Shown: piece by piece, positions 1 to 12,880 of the stretch
Layout of the letters: the number at the start of each line of letters is the position of its first letter
Position numbering within the stretch: position 1 is the stretch's first letter
Origin: Callorhinchus milii
Lineage: Eukaryota
Assembly: GCF_018977255.1 (NCBI RefSeq)
Contig: NW_024704742.1
Span: 60,142,001 to 60,206,000, forward strand
Length of the DNA: 64,000 nucleotides
Direction: 5' to 3'
Notes under the pieces: model-generated
Database searches by the model: none
Seen by the model: the letters and a program-made list of their open reading frames with translations, nothing else
Told to the model about the DNA's origin: nothing
Program-made: the position numbers and the translations under genes

Positions 1-269
1 AAATAGAGAAGGAACCTCAGTAGCCACACTTTAATACGTCTCAGACAGACACCCTGATAAATGTTCAGCCGTTAGACTATCACTGGAACTGGATAAAGTG
101 GACAACACAAATTAACCAGTGCTATCTACTCCACTGTAAGTAACTTGGAAAATTAGATTTTAGTTTATACCATTGTGACAACTCTCACCAATGACACTTA
201 TTACCAATGATGTTACAATGTTACAAGAGAAGCTGTATTCATTATTGTCAGTGATAATGAGCCTTCGAG

Positions 270-420
270 TTCATTCTGGATCAATTAGCTAAACAGTCTT
301 CCCAGAATGTTGGCCAGGATATTTGGAGAAACTTTCTTCTCTTCATCAATTGCGACATAGGGCATCAATCGTGGGCTTGTTTTACAATCTGAGGGAAGCT
401 GTCTACATGCAGCGATACTG
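270..420 (-). mobile_element. Highly degenerate Deu-domain SINE fragment
   Basis: Minus strand reads GAAGAGAAGAAAGTTTCTCCAAATATCCTGGCCAACATT, matching the Deu-core motif of better copies (e.g. 10585-10625). Confidence 0.55.
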
Positions 421-974
421 TGATAGAGACCCAGATACAGGTATCCATTCATGAAGATTATTTTTATGATGGCATCCATTCATGAATCAATCTGAATGCC
501 TTAATTCAGACCATTTAGGCTTACACATGACGATGGGAACTTTAATACCCAGCCCCAGTTTTAACACACATTTGAAATATTAGAGGCTTTTGATATACTT
601 GTTTTCATTTTGAAAATGTAACAAAGTGACCTACATACTGAAATAAAGGGCTTCATTTTTCATACACACTGAGGGCATTTCACAAGTGGTAGAGAGTGGC
701 CAGTGTTCCTTCATGAATGTGAAAGACCTATAACTCAAAATCTCTCCAGACACACTTGAGATATGAGACAATTTTGCATGAGGGTAAAATAAATCTGGAA
801 ACAAAAAAAAAGGAAATAAAAAATATTCCATGAAAGTCAGAGATTATGTGATTATTTACAGTATACAGTTAGTCAGTTAATGATAACTTCTTGAATACAA
901 TTGAAACATTGACATCAAACAATGGGTATGTCATCATACCCCAGTTCAATCCTCAGCTTTTATTTCTCCCTCAC

Positions 975-1640
975 ACCCAGTCCTTCATCAAGGCCACCTT
1001 CCTTCATCTCTGCCATATTGCTTGCCTCCGTCCCTAACTCACATTCAATACCGCTGAAACACTCATTCACGCCTCCATCATATCCCAGTTAGACTTCCAA
1101 CGTACTCCTCGCTGGTCTTCCCCACTCCACAATTCACAAGTTGCAACTCATCCAAAACTCTAGCTCTCATATCCTCACTTACACCAAACTCTGTATCCAT
1201 GTATGCATCCAACTTGTTAACCCTTCACCCAAGTCTTCAGCAGTCTCCAGGGGCTCCCTGTTATCTCCTGGTGGATTCATTTTGAAGTCCTCACATTCAC
1301 CTACCTATAAATCCATCCATTGCCTAGTGCATCCTTATCTCTTCGATCTCCTTCTATCCTACCCCTCCACTCGCCCACACTGCTTAGCTAACACAGGCTT
1401 GCTGCACATTCCCCACCCTCTCCATGCCGCCACTGGCATCTGAACCTCCAGTTCCTTCTCCCAGACTTCAGTAACTGGATCCCTTGCCTCACCCACTCTT
1501 TCTTTCTTTGTCCTGTCTCAAATTCTACCTCTTTCAACAAGCCTATGACCGCCTCCCTCTCCTCTCTCCCTTTGTTTGCTGTCCAATCCATCCTTGTGAA
1601 GCACTAAGGGATGTTAACCTACACAATGCAAGTTGTTTAA
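975..1640 (+). mobile_element. Old L2 LINE 3' fragment
   Basis: Decayed ETLIHA..SQLD..LQLIQNS end of ORF2 plus a tail similar to the younger L2 at 32510-32960 and 43300-43520. Confidence 0.8.
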
Positions 1641-1744
1641 GAGATATGAATGTGTGAATAACAGGGTTTCGTAATCGTTATGAATAGAGCTAAATTATAG
1701 ATTTAAGTAGACAGCTGGATCTATTTTATAGTCACAGTTTGGAT

Positions 1745-1858
1745 AAATAATAATAATAATCCTTGCATTTGATATAGCACTTTTCAAGTCTTCTAGACAT
1801 CTCAAAGCGCTTCACGGAATATGCTGTGAAGTGAATTGACTATATATTTGTGGGCAAA
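1745..1858 (-). mobile_element. SINE 3' tail fragment
   Basis: (AAT)n-CCTTGCATTTGATATAGC...CAAAGCGCTTCAC, the reverse complement of the SINE tail. Confidence 0.85.
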
Positions 1859-2649
1859 AATTCATTATATTCGGATATTCAATGCTGAAGTTTAAAGGTC
1901 ACTTAACCTGTCGTCGGTTTCCAATCAAAGCCATTATTTCCCCACTGCTAGGTGACTGGGCACTGAGGCATGACTTTGCAGTGCCTTACTGAGTGCTTCC
2001 GGCACTGCCAGCTGCTCAGTTCTGTTATATCATTCAATCATTCAATACACAGACTACAGCGCCCAGCCTCACACCTCAGTGTCTCTGATAATAGAGAAGC
2101 TACTGGGAAATAATTGCTCAAATGAAAAAGTGAGCCACAGATATGCTAACTACATTCTGGAGGTCACAATCACTCTATTGCTCAACACGTTTCTCTCCTG
2201 TTTAAGGAATCATAGTAAATGTGCTTTTGAACTATGTCCTTTGACTTTTAAATGATGGTCGTACCTAAATGAAACTGACAAGCCTTGGGTACCATTAGTC
2301 TGGTTTCCTGCTCAACAGGGATAATTTCTGAGTGGTAAAAATTATCAAGCTTATTAACATCTCACTGAACAGATGCATAAAACATTAGGAAGACATTTTA
2401 ACAATATAAATTATAATTATGTATTACAAATATTCCAAGGATTAATTCTACACTTCTAGGTAAATTTACTGAGCTTAGTGGTAAGTGTACATAAAAGGAA
2501 CATCTTTCTAAGTCCAAGCCTCCAGGGTGCATACTTTTATCAACACATTGAAAATAACATCCCTCACTGTTTACGTTGGATTTTGCACTTGACTTTTGTC
2601 AAACAGAGTACCTTGAATAGAACACAATATTTGAACTCTTATATTCTAG

Positions 2650-2980
2650 GCTGACACTCTAATGCCCTGTGGGAGTATGTTTGTTAGAGTTGTTGACCTT
2701 TGGATGAGATGTTAAAACGAGATCATGTCTACCTGGTCAGGTGGATATTAAAGAGCACATGCACTACTCATAGAGAATAGAGTTTATCTTGGCGTCCTGG
2801 ACAACAATCCTGCAAAATAAGATTGGTTATGCTCTTCATAGCTGATTGTGGGATATTACTATGGTCAAATTGGCTACTTTATTTGCCTACAAGATAGAAT
2901 CACTCTATGTTACAGTAAATCCTGTGAACTGCTTTGAGGTGTGAAAGGTGTGATATGAAATGCAAAGATTTTTGTTACTA
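2650..2980 (+). mobile_element. Deu-domain SINE (old family)
   Basis: GATGAGATGTTAAAACGAG...GGTGGATATTAAAGA...GTCCTGG...TGTGGGAT...AAATTGGCT followed by an L2-like tail. Confidence 0.8.
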
Positions 2981-3019
2981 CATGAGTAAAACACAACCTG
3001 CCACTCAAGGCAAGTGGAG

Positions 3020-3390
3020 GTATCAACTTTGGTCAATTGGCAGCACCATCTCTTTAGAGTTAGAAGTTTGTGAGTTTAAGCCCCACATGAAGACTTTGCA
3101 TTCCCTGATTTATTTTGGACAGCCTAATCAGATTAGATGCTTAAATTGAGATCAATTCTGCCAATCCTCAGATGAACTTTAAAGATACTGTGAAAAAGAG
3201 AATGGAGTTTGTTCCAGTGTCCTGGCTCGTACCCTTCCAGGTTAACTTTTCCTTCACCTCTCAGACATTTGTGGGACCTTTTTCGGTGCACTTAGGTTCC
3301 AATGTTTGCATGTCATTGTAGCTGAAAATAATTAATGTTAAGCGCTTTGAGATACTTTGGCATACAAGGAATTATAAAAATGCCAAGTTG
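3020..3390 (+). mobile_element. Deu-domain SINE, degenerate
   Basis: tRNA-like head (GGTCAATTGGCAGCAC...AGAAG...GAGTTTAAGCCCCAC), Deu core and AAGCGCTTTGAGA tail. Confidence 0.7.
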
Positions 3391-3859
3391 TTCCTGATAA
3401 TATTGCAGTGATATTAGTGTTTGATTTCATGTTGAAATGTGTCAGATGGAAACTTTAAAAAGTAAAAGAAGGGGACAACTGGAGTTCCTTATTTCCATAC
3501 CTGCCAAATTGATGGATTTTTCCTGTAGACTACGGGAATGGGGACCATCTACAGATCCACAATGAAAGCTCAACAGTCTAAGGGGAGCGGAGATTGCGTT
3601 AGTTAATATGTGGCTTTTTGATGTCAATAGCTAAACAAGCAGTGTAAAGGTGTGGACATCAAGTGGGCTGCCAGGTGTTTAAAAACACAGGGTGGATTTT
3701 TAGCATGGATTGTAGTGCATGGAATAATTTGAAGCTGAAACAAGAATGAGTGCATTAAATTAAGCATATTATATGTTTGACTTTTTTAATATTATACTGT
3801 AGTTATAATCATGTGGTGTTCGGGTACATTTCGGTAAAACATTGCCACCATTAGCCATC

Positions 3860-4110
3860 AGCTTTTCTGCCCCCACCCTATGGAACTACATTCTACATTC
3901 CCTTTGCTTTGCTCCCTCCCTTGCCTCCTTCAAGGCGCGACTTAAAGCTCTCCTCTTCGACCGAGCCTTTAGCAACCCTCCTACCCTCTCTGCCCTCCAA
4001 CCTCCCCAATCCTGACACCCAGCTCGGGTCCAAATCCCTGACTGTCCAGCACCTTTGGACATCCTCCTGAAATGAAAGGTGCTGTACAAATGTAATTTTG
4101 CATTGTATAA
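3860..4110 (+). mobile_element. L2 LINE 3' end
   Basis: TCCTTCAAGGCGCGACTTAAAGCTCTCCTCTTCGACCG (SFKARLKALLFDR) followed by the 3' UTR stem-loop. Confidence 0.85.
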
Positions 4111-5079
4111 CATTTGCTATTTAGCTATTAGGAAGTTTTTAGTCACAAATTTGCTTGATATATTTTCTAGGGAAAATCTGCTTTTTACTTTTTGAGCATT
4201 TTTTTGGGAGAGGAACACTAAATCAGGTTAAAATTTAGGCTGCTTAAGATCTACTGCTTTTCAACAAATCTACACCTTTTTTGCCGAACTTCTACTGCTT
4301 TTTTTTTTACAAGGTTAAAAGAAATGTTTTTCTGTTAGTGAAAGAAGAGTTAAATTCTCATTTAAACATTCAAATCGTGGCACTGCATGTTATACTGCAC
4401 TGCTGATCAGAACACAGTCTTTGTTCCGGGCCTTATTGAAGTGTGTTTTATACTTGCATCAGTGTAAAATTCTGCCTGATTTTTTGAAATTTTCCATTAC
4501 GATTTGTGATGAATATCATTTTTGATCAAAATACTGATGAAAGAAATATAATTGTTTCTTAGCAAATAAAAATGTTTATTTGGTCCTCCAAATACTTAAC
4601 TAATTTGTTTGATATGACCACATATAATTATTATCAATGAATCATGGACATAATTCTATTGCTGGTTGATATATGCTTTGCTCCTGATACATGTTCCCTC
4701 CCTTCATCTTTCCTTACCATTTTAGTGATTGTTTTCAGCACATTATGACTACAGGTTTGTCCTTAGAACTAAATGCACAAATTGCTTGACTTCTTACAAT
4801 AGTGTCACACTGCCACAGACATGGAGATTTATTGCTGTGAAAGTTTTTGCATACAAGACGCGGGGCTAATGGAGAGAATCTATTATGCAGTAAATTATAT
4901 AAAGAATCCAGTAAACCTTGTTAAGCTGTTTGAGTGGCATGTGAGGAAGTGTTCAGAAACTTCACAGCAGTGGCCCAGCCAATGACATTGTATCATTGAT
5001 AATCCTTTTGTCACACATACAACAAGCTTAAAGACTATTACTGTCGGCGGTGTATTGTACGTGCATACCTGATGCTGGC

Positions 5080-5720
5080 CCAGTAAGAGCCATTCGGCTA
5101 ATAGTTTCAGATCAGTGTTTGGTCCTCCAGTCCTAATAATGAAGCACTTTCCCAGGAATCTCTTCCCAGTACCATCTTCTGCATGTGCTTATCCATTTCT
5201 TTTTTTAAATGACTGTAATTGACTCTGTTCTAATGGCAAATCATGCCACAACTTGACAACTCTCTGGGAGAATAGGTACTTCAGAAACTCTCCTTTTCTC
5301 TTTGACCGTGCCTTCAGCTCCCCTCTCGACTCTCTTCCTCCTCCTCGCTCCCTCCCTTCCCTCCCCTCACCCTGACCATTTCCCCCCTCCTCTCTCCCTC
5401 CCTTCCCTCCCCTCACCCTGACCATTTCCCCCCTGCTCGGGTCATGACCCAACTGTGCAGCGCCTTGGGACGTCCTCCTGACGTGAAAGGCGCTCTATAA
5501 ATGGAATCTTGTTGTTGTTGTTGTTAACACCACTTGTCACAATCTTGAATTCTCAAGTCTTCTACCAGCAAAAAAAAATCATGGTTAATTCTGTCAATCT
5601 ATTTCAGTATCTTAAAACCCTATAATATATCATCCATCAATATGCTCTACTACAGTCCTAAACTCTCTGGTCTATCCTCATAGGTATGCCAATAACTTCT
5701 CCTCATAGCTATATTGTGGT
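5080..5720 (-). mobile_element. Old CR1 LINE 3' fragment interrupted by an L2 tail
   Basis: Minus translation YLFSQRVVKLWHDLP...FKKR is the CR1 ORF2 C-terminus; homology resumes after 5525. Confidence 0.7.
5287..5523 (+). mobile_element. Young L2 3' UTR with internal tandem duplication
   Basis: Nearly identical to 43339-43518; the CCCTCCCTTCCCTCCCCTCACCCTGACCATTTCCCCC block is duplicated; (TTG)n tail. Confidence 0.9.
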
Positions 5721-6290
5721 GTCAGTCTGGCCCAGTCAGTAGCACTCGTCTCTGAGTTTAGGAGGCTGTGAATCCAAGCCACATGTTGGGACTTCAGCTC
5801 ATTGACTAACCTGACATTCCAGCACAGCATTGTGACTTTGGGAGGAGATGGAAGGGGTAAGTCGAAAGGACTCTGGGATGGAATTCCAGAGAGTGGGGAG
5901 TTAAGGTCCATACAAAGGCATATTGAATTGCTTTGGTAGATTTCTCCTAAAATAATAGTGTTTCAGCCCCTAGTGCAACAGAGATTAAAGTGACAAAATA
6001 AAATGTCTATGTCTGTGGACGTGATCCTGTTATTCTATGTTTCTGTGCAGCTTGATTTTCTGATTCCACATCTTTAAACCCCATTCCTTTACCTGTGAAG
6101 CCCCCCGCAGCCCCCCACATGGCCGCCCACAGCACCCTCTCCAACCTTGCATTTCATAACCCTGTGAAGACATGCAGTGTTTTCCTATACCTTGGTAGAC
6201 ATATACTGTTTCTTAAGTAACTGTCCCACACTACAAACCACTATTTCTACATTGCTAAGAATGCTGTAATATCCATTATCCATTGTAATA

Positions 6291-6520
6291 TTCTGTAGCA
6301 TATTGGTTACATCACTTTCCTTCCAAGAAAGAGGAACCGGGTTTGATTCCCGGACTGGGTGGTGGGGGGGAGGGTGGGCGGTAGGGGGGAGAAACCTTAG
6401 GCAAATTTTCTCACTTCACACACCTCTGTTTACCACCTGTTTACCCAGTTGTTAATTGATTGGCAAATCACTTTTCCGGGGGTAATTATCCATCCAAAAA
6501 AGATAATTTGAATAAAAAGA
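6291..6520 (+). mobile_element. Old tRNA-headed SINE related to the young family in its head only
   Basis: TGGTTA...CCTTCCAAG...GGGTTTGATTCCCGG (B-box-like), then GAAACCTTAGGCAAATTTTCTCACTTCACACACCT as in the young SINE, then a different body (CTGTTTACCCAG). Confidence 0.6.
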
Positions 6521-7579
6521 CAACCCTAGCACCATGGATTAGTTCGGACCAATCATATCTTATGTGCTATTATGATGGACATTTAATTTCTGAGTTAGAT
6601 CTTGAAATGATTTCATCTGGAGCCTAGCATTTGGGCTCTGAATCTAACCAGAAGGAGATTCTTTTACAGAGGGGAACAACCATTTATTCCATTCGACACT
6701 GAGGAAGCAGCTAAACAACAGTAAAAGTCTCTTAGGGGCAACCGTCCTGGGGACAGCAACATCCAAGGGAAAACATCACATTAGAGGAGGACGAAGAGGA
6801 AGAGATGAAAGATATCTTGGAAAATCTGCAAAAAAAAATGATCGTGACCATCAAGTTTATATATTATTGACATATAAAAAGTGATGGCTTAGTAACCATG
6901 ACCTACACAATGTAAAGTAATTGAGATACCATAGTGCAATGCATCTTCTAGACATACAATGAAAAGAAAAGGCTTGTGTGGATGCAGCATAGGGGATGCC
7001 CTAAACAAATTCTTACTAATGAGGGTATGCGAGACTTTTTGAGGTTCAACAAGAACATCTGTGGAAATTGTTAGGTTGCCAACTGACACAGTCCATTTGG
7101 AAAAAGGTTGTACTTTCTTGGCAAGAAATTGAATGTATCCATCTCAAAGGGGTTGAAACAGCATAACTGAGGCTTCAGGGTCTGTGCTCCAACATACCAG
7201 TGTACCTCAAAGCCAAGTGAATTCCAGCTGTGTTCCAATGGATGCTGGCCAGACACTGTTGTTATCCTCTTGTGATGCTACAGCTCTTGACTGAACTTAG
7301 AGCTCAACTCTAAAACCCCTGACTATGTACAGTATCTGCAACACGCATTGTGTGTTCTAGTGATGCTTTTCAGCTCTGTAGTCACTGAAGAGGGATCTCA
7401 TTCTGCATTCTCTTCTGCAACTGAGAGAAGTGTGGAATGTACCACCAACCCCATTGAGCCAGAGTTAGAGTTCAAAAGGGTACTACCAAAACATACATTA
7501 CCATAAAAATAACCCAGTAATACTACTGTATTATTAGCAAAGTAATACTACACTAATAATACAGTGATTACATTTGATA

Positions 7580-8122
7580 TAATAATAATAATCCTTGTAT
7601 TTGATATTGTGTCTTATCACGCCAAAGCACTTCAGAGGACATGTTGTAAAGTCTACTGACTGTCTGTTTTATGGGCAAAACGCAGCAGCCAATTGCGCAC
7701 AGTAATGTCCCACAAACAGTCGTGGATTGATATATTGCTTTTCTTAAATCATCAAAGCATCTCAAAGGGCTTTGCAGAATTTACTGCAAAGTGTATTGAC
7801 TGTGTATATTGTAAGCAAAGGCAGGAAGGAGCACACAGGAATGTCCCACAAACAGCCACAAAGTGAATAACCAAATTTATTTGGGGGATTATTGGCCAGC
7901 ACACCAGAAGAAACTCCCTTCTCTTTTTGAATAGTACCATGGGATTATTATCTTATACTTGAATAGGCAGACTTGGTTTGAGGTCTCATTCGAAGGATGG
8001 TACCTCTGAGTTTCTCAGCATTGCAATTAAGTGTTATGGTAGACTATGCACTCAAAGTCTCAACATAAGGCTTGAACCACAACCTTGTGATTCAAAGTAG
8101 AGAGTGCTACAAATTGGGCTAG
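7580..8122 (-). mobile_element. Deu-domain SINE plus a stacked SINE tail
   Basis: Two tail segments (7580-7740, 7750-7870), Deu core at 7890-8010 and tRNA-like head at 8060-8122. Confidence 0.8.
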
Positions 8123-10374
8123 TCAATTCCTGGTCAATAAATCAACCACATGCACTATAAAAATATAGCACATCAGTGGACAATTTATTGACCTAATGTA
8201 TGAGGAAGCACCAATTTAATTACAGTGTTGTTTCTGTGGCTTGGATATATTTCTCAAATTCTGAATATGTGTTCAGATTTAAGTTGTTAGCAGCAGGATT
8301 GCAATTTTGCAAATACGATTCTGATGGAACAAATATTGATTAGTCTGTGTCTTATCTCTGCTTCAGCTAGATGAGTAACCTAAGGCCTGGCCTGTGTTCC
8401 TTCTCAGCTTTCCTCTGCTTCACGACTTCCTGATAAATGATATGTTTCAGTGGAGATCAAGCCCTTTCGCCAGTCAATAATTGTGTAGTTTTGGCTACTA
8501 GTAGGAAAGCGATAATAGTTAGCACCACTCAAACAATTGAGGGACTAGAAATTGAGGAGTTCCACATTCAATTTGATAGGACAATCGTAGAGGAGTCATT
8601 GGCCTTTTCAACTGTGGCAGTAATAATAGCAGTAATAATGTCCTGTCCAGTCCTCATATCTATTTAAAAAACACCTTCCGACATGTTTTGCTGCAATCTA
8701 TAGAATCCATACCCTTTTATAAATCTATGCATTGTTATCAGTTTGCTTGCACAGTCTGTTGAATGCTGCTGCTGCTGACCTCATTTAAATATCATTACTA
8801 TGTACTTGCAAAGTCCCACCTCAATTTGTGAGGGGCAGGAAGAGCAGAAGCTTAGTCAGATTGGCTACACAAGTCCGTGTCAAACATTGAACTGGTGCTA
8901 ATTAAAATTCAAAGTCATTTGCACACAATTTACTTAATACTTTTAGAACTGCAACTGGCAGGTGCATTGAGTCAAGCGACCTCTCAAATTTTAAGAAAAG
9001 TACCTGATCAAATATACATTTTAATCAAGCATCTAATAGTCATTCTGTCAGACACATCTAACGGAATAAATCAAAGATTCATCTGACAATAACAGTGATC
9101 AAAATGTTGCTTCATTTCCCTGAATTAATGAATATTTGTTCTATAAGCCTTTGAGTTCACTGCTTTAAGAGATTTTCATCACCAGCTTCAAGCTGAGAAC
9201 AAAACCTTGGAGTGAATCAACACAACCAGCTTGACTGCAGCTTCAGGAAAACATGAAGAAAGCAAACACTTTTCTAGCTTTGACATAATGGTCGGGCTCA
9301 AACCTGATCCCAACATTTCAGTGACCGCCATTTTTTTCTGCTGACAATGGAGAGTTGCATTTCATTGCCTCTTCCTGGAATAGTGGCTTCAATGTAAACT
9401 ATGGTCAGAACCCTGTGATGACTATGAAATCGCAATATAACAATCCCATCAATTGCACATACTTGACTTTTTCCCCAATCCCCAGCTAATAGCTCCTTTT
9501 TGTATATAAGACAAAATACAGGTGTTTATTTATATAGTGCCTTTGCCTTTCACATAAGGGGATATCCCAAGGCTTGTAACAATGTTGGCTTGACAACTGA
9601 GCTGGGGGTTGGAGCTAACAAGTTTAGGGAGGGGATAGATGACCAAAAGAGCAATCAAAGAGGTAGGTATTGAGATGGACCTTGAATGAGGTGAAGGAGA
9701 GTGAAATATCTATCCAGTTCCCTATTGAAAACCAATATCGATCCTGTCTCAACCACCACTCCCAGCAGAGCACATCCTAACAACACCTTTTTGCTTTTGA
9801 TATCGACTGATGATCCCATTAGCTTTTTTACAACTCTGTAAACCTGCCTTCCCACCTTTAAAGATTTGGATATATTTAACCATTAGATCATTTTGCTCTT
9901 CAAATCCTTTTGAAATGTTGCAATTTAGCATATAAATCCTCTTACACTTCCCACCAAAGTAAAAACACTGCTCCGTTGCTCCTTTTCCTCAACTGAATGC
10001 CTGTAAGATCCTCATTTTCAAATTCCCAATGGTATTGATATGCCTTATTTGTGCATCCCCACCCCCAATATTCCCAATCTACTCTCTGTTATCTCCTGAC
10101 TCCAATTTACTTCTTATGTGACATTCTCTCCCCTCCATTATGAGGTGTTTAAAAACCAATGGAGAAGCACATGCAGAGCAGAGGTCACCGGGAAAGAATA
10201 GGGAGCTAGGATTAGGATGGATGACTTCTTGGAAGAGCATACACCAACACAAAACAATGGGCCAAATGGCCTCCCATTATCTTGTATATTTCTATTGTTC
10301 GTGGTTCAGAGTCCTCAGCATCATTTTTCTGGCCTGCAGAGCTCACTTCCAAAACCATATCCATGACACCACGT

Positions 10375-10790
10375 AATCTCAGTGGTTGCACTCTTGCCTC
10401 TGAGTCAAATGGTTGTGGTTTCAAGTCCCAAATCAGGACTTTGAACTCATAGACTAGGCTGACAATGGAATACAGAGTTGGGGGAGTAGGGTGCTGTTGG
10501 AGGTTCAATCCTTCAGACAAGGTGTTAAACTGATGTGCTGTCTCCCTCTTCAAGTGGATATTAAAAATCACCTGGTACTATTCAAAAAGAGAAGAAGGTT
10601 TCTCCCCATATTCTGGCCAAGAATCCCCCAAATAAATTTTATCATTCAATTCAATGGCATTTGCCATTTTAGGGACATTTGCCTACAAACAATCCGTCAC
10701 TCACCTTGCAGTGAGTCCTGCAAAGTATACTGAGGTGTTTGATGGTATAATAAGGCATTATATATATCATCATTATGATTATTATCAATG
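10375..10790 (+). mobile_element. Deu-domain SINE, near full length
   Basis: CTCAGTGGTTGCACTCTTGCCTCTGAGTCA head, Deu core GTGTTAAACTGA...GTGGATATTAAAAATC, (ATT)-like tail. Confidence 0.85.
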
Positions 10791-10879
10791 CATGTTGTTG
10801 TTGGAAGGCTGCCGCTGTCTTCAAAAAGCTGATTTTAATTCAATTAACGCTCAAATAATTCACTCATCTAAAAAAAAAG

Positions 10880-11400
10880 TTGCACGGACAAAGAGGAAGG
10901 TCTTCTGGCACAACCTGAAAATGGGGACGAGGATGCAAGGCGAAGGGATTGAGGGAGGGAGTTCCATAGCTTTGAGGCATAGTGATGGTGGAGTGGAGGA
11001 TTTGGGGGACAAGGATGAGGCCGGAGCCAGCAGAACGGAGCAGCCATGTAGTGCTGCGAGGAGCCAGGAGGTTGGAGAGATAGGGGTGTACCAAGGTGTG
11101 GAGGGATTTAAACACGAGAGTGAAGATCTTGAAGTCGATCTGCTCTGTGACAGGGATCCAGTGGAGTTTGGCAAGGACTGGAGTAATCGGGGTGCGAAGT
11201 TTAGTGCGGGTGAGAATGCAGAGAGCGGAGCTTTGGATGAGTTGAAGTTTGTGACTAGTGGAGAAGGGAAGACTGGCGATGAGGGTGTTTGAGTAGCCCA
11301 GCTGAGAGGTGACGAAGGCATGGACAAAGGTTTTGGCAGCTTGTGGAGTGAAGTATTGTCAGAGACGGGCAATGTGGCAGAGGTGGAGGAAAGCAGTTCT
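10880..11400 (-). mobile_element. L2 LINE ORF2 3' fragment
   Basis: Minus strand encodes decayed AFVTSQLGYSNTLIASLP...LQLIQSSA...FKIFTLVFKSLH, typical of L2 ORF2. Confidence 0.85.
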
Positions 11401-11415
11401 GGTCACGTGTTGTGT

Positions 11416-11640
11416 GTCAGTCTGGCTCAGTTAGGAGCTCTCTGGCCCCTGCGTCAAAAGGTTGTGGGTTCATCCCCCATGTATGCTGCTAGGAATACCC
11501 CAAATTAAAATTGGTTAATTCACTTCTTGCTGATTGTGGGACATTGATATGTGCAAATTGTCTGCTGTGTTTTCCCACACAAAATAGAATCACACACACC
11601 ATTTTACAATAAATTATTGGATTATTATTATTATTGTTAG
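11416..11640 (+). mobile_element. Internally deleted Deu-family SINE
   Basis: GTCAGTCTGGCTCAGTTAGG...AAGGTTGTGGGTTCA head joined to TGTGGGACATTG...(ATT)n. Confidence 0.7.
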
Positions 11641-11679
11641 GACTGTGAATCAGACTAAGGGAGGTTGAGTCAAACAACA

Positions 11680-11980
11680 CAATGACAAATTGGATTTATA
11701 TAGCACTTTCCACATCGGGAGGACATCCCAAGGCACTGAATAGTCAAGAGTTTGCAGAGGATTAGATTTGAGCTGAGAATTAGATTCAAGATGTGTGGGG
11801 CCTAAAGGACGGATTGGAAGGCAAGGTGACCAAAGGTGCAGTCAAAGGGGAAGATATTAAGACAGGCTTTGAAGTAGGCTAGTAAAGGCAAAGGGGTGAA
11901 GTTCCAGAGGGTGGGGGCAGAAAGGCTAAACCCTAAGGTGGGGTGGGCAGGGTGGGGAACTTGAAAAGGGCCAGAGTCAA
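11680..11980 (-). mobile_element. L2 3' end
   Basis: ORF 11802..11993 contains FSLSAPTLWN...FKACL; stem-loop tail at 11700-11735. Confidence 0.8.
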
Positions 11981-12129
11981 ACTTCAGCTTCACACTGGTT
12001 TTAAGCCAATGCCCACTTCAAGCAGACTTTTTTCAATATGAAATTTAGACATTGAAAGTTTCTCAGTTTGTTAACAGTCCTTAAGATTTTTTCAGTGAGA
12101 ACAGTGTCAGCGATTCCACAGGCCTTTCA

Positions 12130-12880
12130 TTAGCCAGTCAGGAACCTAGGCGTCTTGTTCGACCTTAACTGTTCTTTCTCCCCCACATCTGTGCCATGGT
12201 CCACTCTGCCTTCCACCACCTCTGCAACATTGCCCAACTCAGCCACTGCCTCATGCCTCAGGCCGACGAAACCCTCATACATGCCTTCATTTCATCCAGG
12301 CTCGACTATGTCAACTTGCTGCTTGTCGGCCTCCCCAGCTCTTCCCTTCACAAGCTGCAGATCATCCAGAACTCTGCAGCTCATATCCCCTCCCACACCA
12401 GGCTCCGTGCCCCATCACACTCCCCTCGCCCGGCTCTACTGGCTCCCCATCCCTAAGAGAAGAGAGTTCAAAATCCTCATCCTCACCTTCAAAGCCCTCC
12501 AGGGTCTTGCCCCCTCCTACCTCTCCAACCTGATAACCCTTTGTCAACCTGTCCAATCCCTCTGCTCAGCAGACTTTGGCCTGCTCCATGTTCTCCACCC
12601 CACCATCAGTGGTCAGGCCTTCAGCCTCTCTGTCCCCACCCTCTGGAACTCCATGCCAGATTTCCTTTGCCTCGCTCCCTCCCTTGCCTCCTTCAAGGTA
12701 CGCCTCAAGACCCTCCTCTTCGACCATGTCTTCAGCCACCCTCCTACCCTCTCTACCCTCCCTGATCCCAAACCCCCCGCAACCCCCAGTCAGACCCTAA
12801 TGACCCTGACTGTTCAGCACCTTAGGATGTTCTCCCAACATGAAAGGCGCCTTACAAATGTAATTTTGTATTGTATTGTG
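12130..12880 (+). mobile_element. L2 LINE 3' fragment
   Basis: AFHHLCNIA..ETLIHAFISSRLDY..LQIIQNSAA..WLPI..EFKILILTFKAL..AFSLSVPTLWNS with frameshifts, plus 3' tail. Confidence 0.93.

Noticed and set aside
285..756. Apparent terminal exons on the minus strand (…EALYF/NCKTSPRLMPYVAIDEEKKVSPNILANILGRLFS*)
   Set aside because: The 'last exon' aligns to the Deu SINE core, and the upstream candidate exon at 3501-3577 is not phase-compatible without a stop.
1955..2010. Hairpin with ATGA...TGA and CAGTGC, considered as SECIS or IRE
   Set aside because: Spacing is too short and there is no apical AA for SECIS; no 5-bp upper stem around CAGTGC for an IRE.
6736..6870. Acidic peptide TLEEDEEEEMKDILENLQKKM, faintly ERC-like
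   Set aside because: The match is short and low-complexity, needs a large deletion to align, and has no flanking support.
10654..11372. 212-aa and 170-aa ORFs
   Set aside because: Antisense or alternative frames of an L2 fragment fused to SINE sequence.
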